Below, one piece after another: positions 58,643 to 64,000 of a stretch of 64,000 bases of DNA; position 1 is the first letter of the stretch; each line of letters starts with the position of its first letter. The DNA comes from an uncultured Candidatus Saccharibacteria bacterium (GTDB taxonomy: Bacteria > Patescibacteriota > Minisyncoccia > Phycocordibacterales > Phycocordibacteraceae), in contig CAYOCH010000003.1 of assembly GCA_964402535.1 (NCBI GenBank), positions 1,825 through 65,824 of the forward strand, read 5' to 3'. The notes below the pieces were generated by a model that searched no databases, was not told the DNA's origin, and saw only the letters and a list, made by a program, of their open reading frames with translations. The translations under genes were made by a program, and so were the position numbers.

Positions 58643-60913
58643 ATGACAACCGGAACGTATCCCATCATCGGCATGCACTGCGCCTCCTGCGCAGCGACGA
58701 TCGAGAAGCGTCTCTCGAAGGTTGACGGCGTCGCATCAGTGCAGGTGAATTTCGGCACCGAGGCGGCCAAGATCGCCTATGACGAGTCCAAGACGGATCT
58801 CAAACGACTTTCAAGCGTTATTTCACCGCTCGGCTATACGATCGCTCTGCCGCAGCCGGCAGCCGGCGCAAGCACGCCGGACAGCGAGCACGCAGCGCAC
58901 GTCGGGTCGCACCAGTCGAAGCAGGAGAAGCTCGCGGAGATCGCGGCGATGCGCCGCACCGTCTTCGCGCTCATTCCGCTCGCGGTGCTCGCCTCAGCCT
59001 ATCTAATCGACATCGTCTTCTTCGGACTGCCGCCGGCCCTATCGTGGATCACGGAGTACGCCATGCCGCTCCTTGCGACCGTGTCGTTCGTCGTGGGCGG
59101 CCGGCCCTACCTCCTCGGGCTCTTCCGATTCCTCCGCCACGGTACGGCGAACATGGATACGCTCATCGGGCTCGGCACCTTGGCAGCCTACCTTTACAGC
59201 CTGGCTGTCACGTTCTTCGGCTCAGCGCTCGGATCCTACGTGGACACCACGGCGACCTACTTCGACGTGACGGTCATTGTCATCACGTTCATCACGATTG
59301 GCAAATACCTTGAGGCGCAGGCCAAGGTGAAGACCGGCGATGCGATCGAAAAGCTCTTGAACCTCCAGGCCAAGACCGCGCTCGTCGTGCGCGACGGCAA
59401 GGAGGTCGAGATCCCAGTCTCGGAGGTCGTGCATGGCGACCGGATCATCGTGAAGCCGTCGGCGCGGATCCCTGTCGACGGTACGGTCGCCGACGGCTCC
59501 TCGTATGTCGACGAGTCGATGGTGACCGGCGAGCCGATGCCGGTCAAGAAAGAGGCGGGCGATACGGTCGTCGCTGGGACGATGAATACGAGCGGGACGT
59601 TCACGTTTATGGCGACCAAGGTCGGCAGCGAGACGATGCTCGCGCATATCATCACGATGGTCGAAGAGGCGCAGGGGAGCCGCGCGCCAATCCAGGCGCT
59701 CGTGGATCGGATCTCTGCGGTCTTCGTTCCGACCGTGCTCGTGCTCGCGTTCGTCGCGCTCGGCGCATGGCTCTACTTCGGCACCGGACCGCTCGGCTTC
59801 CCGCAGGCCTTGGCCTATGGCCTCACCTCGTTCATCGGCATCCTCGTCATTGCCTGCCCGTGTGCCCTCGGTCTTGCAACGCCGACGGCGATCATCGTGG
59901 GCGTCGGGAAGGGTGCGCGCGAGGGGATCCTCATCAAGGACGCCGCAACGCTCGAGAAGCTTCACAAGGTCTCGGTGGTGGTAGTCGACAAGACCGGGAC
60001 CCTCACTCGCGGCAAGCCGGACATCGTGTCGACCGAGAACCGCTCGAACCTCAGCGACGATGAGGTCATCTCTGTCCTGGCGTCACTCGAGGATCGATCG
60101 GAGCATCCTATCGCGCACGCGATCGTCTCTTACGCGAAAGGGAAGGATATCGCGCTCTTGAACGTGAGCGACTTCGAGCAGATCAAGGGCATGGGCGTGA
60201 CCGGGATTATCGGCGGCGTGACTTATCACGCGGGCAGCGCGAAGCTGGCGGCATCGCTCGGCGCGCCGCTCGAATCGCTCGACAACGACACGAAGCAGGG
60301 GAGGACGCCGGTCGTGCTCGTGACCGGGGCGAAGGTGATCGCCATCGTGATGGTCGCCGACGCGATCAAGCCGGAATCGATCCAGGCCGTGAAGGATCTG
60401 CACGCGCTCGGGATCCGCGTCGTGATGCTCACGGGCGACGATGCGAACACGGCGCGGGCGATCGCGAAGGAGGCGGGCATCGATGACGTGGTCGCCGAAG
60501 TGATGCCGGCCGACAAGCTTGCGAAGATCAAGGCGCTGCAGCAGGAGGGCGCGATCGTCGCGATGGCCGGCGACGGCGTGAACGACGCACCGGCCTTGGC
60601 GCAGGCGGACGTCGGGATCGCGATGGCGACCGGCACGGACGTCGCGATCGAGTCGGCTGGCATCACGCTCTTGCATGGAGACATCGGCAAGCTCGTGAAG
60701 GCGGTTCATCTGTCGAAGTTCACGATGCGCGGCATCAAGCAGAACCTCTTCTGGGCCTTCGTCTACAACGTGGTCGGTATCCCGCTCGCCGGCGGCGCCC
60801 TGTACCCGCTCTTCGGCTGGCTCCTCTCGCCGGTCTTCGCCGGATTCGCGATGGCGGCCTCGAGCGTGTCGGTCGTAGGTAACTCGCTCCGGATCAAGGC
60901 AAAGGCGCTATGA
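58643..60913 (+). CDS. copA: Cu(I)-translocating P1B ATPase
   Basis: HMA GMHCASC, TGEP, CPC, DKTGT, HP, GDGVND, YN and MxxSS motifs. Confidence 0.95.
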   Translation: MTTGTYPIIGMHCASCAATIEKRLSKVDGVASVQVNFGTEAAKIAYDESKTDLKRLSSVISPLGYTIALPQPAAGASTPDSEHAAHVGSHQSKQEKLAEIAAMRRTVFALIPLAVLASAYLIDIVFFGLPPALSWITEYAMPLLATVSFVVGGRPYLLGLFRFLRHGTANMDTLIGLGTLAAYLYSLAVTFFGSALGSYVDTTATYFDVTVIVITFITIGKYLEAQAKVKTGDAIEKLLNLQAKTALVVRDGKEVEIPVSEVVHGDRIIVKPSARIPVDGTVADGSSYVDESMVTGEPMPVKKEAGDTVVAGTMNTSGTFTFMATKVGSETMLAHIITMVEEAQGSRAPIQALVDRISAVFVPTVLVLAFVALGAWLYFGTGPLGFPQALAYGLTSFIGILVIACPCALGLATPTAIIVGVGKGAREGILIKDAATLEKLHKVSVVVVDKTGTLTRGKPDIVSTENRSNLSDDEVISVLASLEDRSEHPIAHAIVSYAKGKDIALLNVSDFEQIKGMGVTGIIGGVTYHAGSAKLAASLGAPLESLDNDTKQGRTPVVLVTGAKVIAIVMVADAIKPESIQAVKDLHALGIRVVMLTGDDANTARAIAKEAGIDDVVAEVMPADKLAKIKALQQEGAIVAMAGDGVNDAPALAQADVGIAMATGTDVAIESAGITLLHGDIGKLVKAVHLSKFTMRGIKQNLFWAFVYNVVGIPLAGGALYPLFGWLLSPVFAGFAMAASSVSVVGNSLRIKAKAL

Positions 60914-60949
60914 TGCAAGCGGGGTTCGCTGATGATTATTACATAACAG

Positions 60950-61372
60950 ATGCCCATGATGCAGGGATATAACGACGAGCTCCCGGGAAAGAGCTACACG
61001 ATCAAGAAGAAGGTCCAGGATTCGTTCGCAGATGCTGTCGCGAAGACGAAAGAGGCGCTCGCGAGGGAAGGGTTCGGGATCCTGCACGAGCACGACGTCC
61101 AAGCGACGCTTAAGAAGAAGATCGACGCAGCGATCGGCGGGTACGTCATCCTCGGCGCCTGCAACCCGCCGCTCGCGCGCGACGCGCTCCAGCTCGACAA
61201 GGACGTCGGGGTCTTCTTGCCGTGCAACGTGGTCGTCTACGAGGACGAGGACGCCGTCGTCGTCGCGGCGGTGCGTCCGAGCGCGGTGATGGGGAGCATC
61301 GGCTCCTCGGGGATCGCATCGATCGCGCAGGAAGTAGAGGAGAAATTAACACGTGCTGTCGATAACATATAA
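60950..61372 (+). CDS. DUF302 domain protein
   Basis: GFGIL, ILGACNP and LPCNVVVYE motifs. Confidence 0.88.
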   Translation: MPMMQGYNDELPGKSYTIKKKVQDSFADAVAKTKEALAREGFGILHEHDVQATLKKKIDAAIGGYVILGACNPPLARDALQLDKDVGVFLPCNVVVYEDEDAVVVAAVRPSAVMGSIGSSGIASIAQEVEEKLTRAVDNI

Positions 61373-61375
61373 CGC

Positions 61376-61549
61376 ATGAATTCGAATACTCATCCGGTCA
61401 AGATGGTCACTGATGTCGTGTGCGGCATGGAGTTGAACCTAGAAGAAGTACGCTATGCGTACGAACATGGCGGCACGGAATATTACTTCTGTTCCGAAAC
61501 GTGCAAAGACCACTTCGTCGATGATCCCGAGGCGTATGTGGGAGAATAA
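61376..61549 (+). CDS. YHS domain protein (not in ORF track)
   Basis: DVVCGM...YYFCSETCKDHF..DPE.Y. Confidence 0.88.
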   Translation: MNSNTHPVKMVTDVVCGMELNLEEVRYAYEHGGTEYYFCSETCKDHFVDDPEAYVGE

Positions 61550-61570
61550 GAAGTGGGATCTGACTCATAT

Positions 61571-61783
61571 ATGAAATCATCGACGTTCATACACGGTGTC
61601 GCGATATTCGCCGGGATATGGGGAATGCTCGCACTCATTGCCGCGTGGGCTGCCGGCGATAGGGGGACGGCGCTTGGATTCTCGCAACTGCATCTGTATA
61701 TAGACGCGATTGTCCTGGTCCTCATCTCGATTTCCGCTGGCGTCTGCGCGATCTACCGTCGTCAGCTCGAGCACGAGACTTAG
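61571..61783 (+). CDS. small two-TM membrane protein
   Basis: 70-aa hydrophobic ORF with HLY.DA. Confidence 0.65.
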   Translation: MKSSTFIHGVAIFAGIWGMLALIAAWAAGDRGTALGFSQLHLYIDAIVLVLISISAGVCAIYRRQLEHET

Positions 61784-61803
61784 TAACATCACACATACAA
61801 GAT

Positions 61804-62094
61804 ATGCACGGTAACAAAAATGAAACCAACGGGAGGTCGATGTCCTGGATGATGCTATTTTTCGCCATCCCGCTCGTACTTCTGTTGATCTTCGGGCTCG
61901 GCGGGCAGGCAGCAGGACTGCCTTCTTGGGCGGTATGGGGATTCGTCATCCTCATGGCCGCGGGTCACCTCTTCACGATGCGGTCGCATAATCCGGACGC
62001 AGAGCGCTCTGCGGAGAGCAGTGACGATACACAACAGCAGCAGCAGCCTGACAAGCACAACGACGCTCCTGCCGGCCGCAGCTGCTGCCATTAG
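61804..62094 (+). CDS. small membrane protein with His/Cys tail (DUF2933-like)
   Basis: Two TMs, HLFTM..H, C-terminal SCCH. Confidence 0.6.
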   Translation: MHGNKNETNGRSMSWMMLFFAIPLVLLLIFGLGGQAAGLPSWAVWGFVILMAAGHLFTMRSHNPDAERSAESSDDTQQQQQPDKHNDAPAGRSCCH

Positions 62095-62098
62095 CGTC

Positions 62099-62557
62099 AT
62101 GAGCACAAAACAAAAAGCCACGATATTCGGGAGCGGCATCATCGCGGTCGTCGCGCTCATGACCGTCTACTTCGGTGTCGTGTCGGCTGTTTCCGGCTTC
62201 CAGTTCGCCAACGCGCAATGGGAGCAGTATTGGCCGTATCTCGGGGCGCTCGTGCTCGGCTTCGGCATCCAGATCATGCTCTACACGTATCTGCGCGAAC
62301 TCGTGCGGACGGCCGGCACGCAGATGTCCGGCGGCACTGTCGCCGCCACCGGGACGACGTCGACGCTCGCGATGATCTCGTGCTGCACGCACTATCTGGT
62401 GAACATCATCCCGATCCTCGGCGTTACCGGCCTCGTCACGATCGTCTCCCAATATCAGGTGAAGATCTTCTGGGTCGGTATCGCGTTCAACGTGCTCGGC
62501 ATGCTCTTCATCGGCAGCCGAATCAGAAAGCTTAAGAAACACGCCTATGCAGCATAA
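62099..62557 (+). CDS. membrane protein with intramembrane CCxH
   Basis: About four TMs; MISCCTHYL. Confidence 0.7.
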   Translation: MSTKQKATIFGSGIIAVVALMTVYFGVVSAVSGFQFANAQWEQYWPYLGALVLGFGIQIMLYTYLRELVRTAGTQMSGGTVAATGTTSTLAMISCCTHYLVNIIPILGVTGLVTIVSQYQVKIFWVGIAFNVLGMLFIGSRIRKLKKHAYAA

Positions 62558-63005
62558 AGGAATCATCATCGCGTACGTCATCGTGTCCCTCATCGGCGCG
62601 GCGGTCGTCTATCGGATCGTCGCCGGTTCGGGGAGCGGTGCGCCGGTATCGCCGCAGGCGAGCGGCGTGAGCAGCCAATCGCAATGGGAATCGAAGTCAG
62701 ACGATCAGGCGAACGTGACAGTCATCGTGAAGCCTCTCGATCTCCGACCGGAATCAAAGGTGTGGACATTCGATATCGGAATGAACACGCATTCGGTAGA
62801 ATTGAATCAAGATATGACAAAAATCGCCGTGCTGGTCGACGATACCGGGAAGGAATACCAACCGCTCGGGTGGGAGGGCGATGCGGGCGGCCACCACCGC
62901 GAGGGCACCCTCTCTTTCTCGAGCATCTCGCCCACGCCGAAGTCCGTGACGCTTCGGGTGAGCGGCATCGCCGACGTCGTTCGGACGTTCACATGGTCGA
63001 TATAG
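62547..63005 (+). CDS. membrane-anchored protein with NTHS and GGHH motifs
   Basis: N-terminal TM; MNTHSVEL and W.GD.GGHHREG. Confidence 0.7.
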   Translation: MQHKGIIIAYVIVSLIGAAVVYRIVAGSGSGAPVSPQASGVSSQSQWESKSDDQANVTVIVKPLDLRPESKVWTFDIGMNTHSVELNQDMTKIAVLVDDTGKEYQPLGWEGDAGGHHREGTLSFSSISPTPKSVTLRVSGIADVVRTFTWSI

Positions 63006-63012
63006 CGCTGCC

Positions 63013-64000
63013 ATGACCACTAAAAAGGATATCGCTCGCACGTTACTGGCCACAGCCGGCGTCGAGCTGGACGGCTCCCATCCGTGGGATATGCGCGTGC
63101 ATGACGAGCGCACGTTTGCTCGCGTCTTCCGCGACGGTTCTCTCGGGCTCGGCGAGTCGTATATGGACGGCTGGTGGGAATGCGATGCGCTTGACGGGTT
63201 CTTCTATCGCATTTTGCACTCACGACTCGACGATACGGTGAAGAAGAGTTGGCCGGTGCTCTGGCGAGCCGCCGTGTCGCAGTTGTCGAATCAGCAATCC
63301 CGCAGGCGAGCATTCATCATCGGTGAGCGGCACTACGACACGGGGAATGACCTGTTCGTCCCGATGCTGGGGAGCTCGATGGCCTATTCATGCGGCTACT
63401 GGAGCGGCAATCCGCCGGCAACGGATCTCGACAAGGCGCAAGAGGCGAAGTTCGACCTCATCTGCCGGAAACTCGGCTTGAAGAAGGGGATGACGGTGCT
63501 CGATATCGGGTGCGGTTGGGGAGGATTCATGAAATATGCCGCTACGGTGTACGGTGTCCGCGCGGTCGGCGTCACCGTCTCTAAGGAGCAGGCGGCGTTT
63601 GCGAAAGAGGCATGCAAGGGTTTGCCGGTCGAGGTCAGGCTGCAGGACTACCGGGATATCGATGAGACGTTCGATCGCGTCGTTTCGGTCGGGATGGTTG
63701 AGCATGTGGGGTATAAGAATTACCGCACGTACCTGCAGACCGCATCCCGCGCCTTGAACGAGGATGGGTTGTTCCTGCTCCACACCATCGGCAGCAACGA
63801 ATCCACCACCATGACCGATCCCTGGATCGAGAAATATATCTTCCCCAACGGCCAACTGCCGTCTATCGCGCAGCTCGGGAAGGCGGCTGAGGGACTCTTC
63901 GTCGTAGAGGATTGGCACAACTTCGGTGCGGATTATGATCGTACGCTTGTCGCATGGCACGAGAACTTCGAGAAGGCGTGGCCCGACCTGAAGCAGGCCT
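63013..64000 (+). CDS. cfa: cyclopropane fatty acyl phospholipid synthase (runs off window)
   Basis: GLGESYMDGWW, HYDTGNDLF, YSCGYW, LDIGCGWGG and WIEKYIFPNG motifs. Confidence 0.93.
   Translation, partial: MTTKKDIARTLLATAGVELDGSHPWDMRVHDERTFARVFRDGSLGLGESYMDGWWECDALDGFFYRILHSRLDDTVKKSWPVLWRAAVSQLSNQQSRRRAFIIGERHYDTGNDLFVPMLGSSMAYSCGYWSGNPPATDLDKAQEAKFDLICRKLGLKKGMTVLDIGCGWGGFMKYAATVYGVRAVGVTVSKEQAAFAKEACKGLPVEVRLQDYRDIDETFDRVVSVGMVEHVGYKNYRTYLQTASRALNEDGLFLLHTIGSNESTTMTDPWIEKYIFPNGQLPSIAQLGKAAEGLFVVEDWHNFGADYDRTLVAWHENFEKAWPDLKQA

Overview
GC-rich bacterial chromosomal segment, most likely Patescibacteria (CPR, Parcubacteria-like). This is inferred from the absence of rpmD from the spc cluster, the lack of biosynthetic genes, CPR-style large membrane proteins and core genes without SD motifs. 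It holds the 3' end of rpsO, NYN, DksA, ComM, a four-helix-bundle gene, a LysM-M23 peptidase, pcrA, rsmA and a VirB6/TrbL-like membrane gene cluster. The str-S10-spc ribosomal region follows, repeatedly interrupted by self-contained orphan genes. After it come adk-map-ndk, a candidate structured ncRNA, a beta-CASP nuclease, an HTH-Fic pair, infC-rpmI-rplT, redox and repair genes, rnj, secG, groESL, a MacAB-like ABC exporter, a CsoR-CopA copper cluster and a partial cfa. No rRNA, tRNA, CRISPR, transposase or integrase was recognised. Strongest unexplained signals: (1) a leaderless Phe/Tyr-rich leader peptide with a terminator/antiterminator switch upstream of a 61-aa Zn-ribbon gene between fusA and tuf; (2) several families of short palindromes sitting in frame inside proteins (the same SAxGG-SASGG double hairpin in L24, S8 and L18, a perfect 30-bp palindrome in mutY, and one in rsmA); (3) a ~145-nt rod-like ncRNA with its own promoter and terminator; (4) 8-bp AT-rich arrays around the four-helix-bundle gene and between rpsL and rpsG. 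All calls were made by eye from the sequence and the ORF track; no searches were run.
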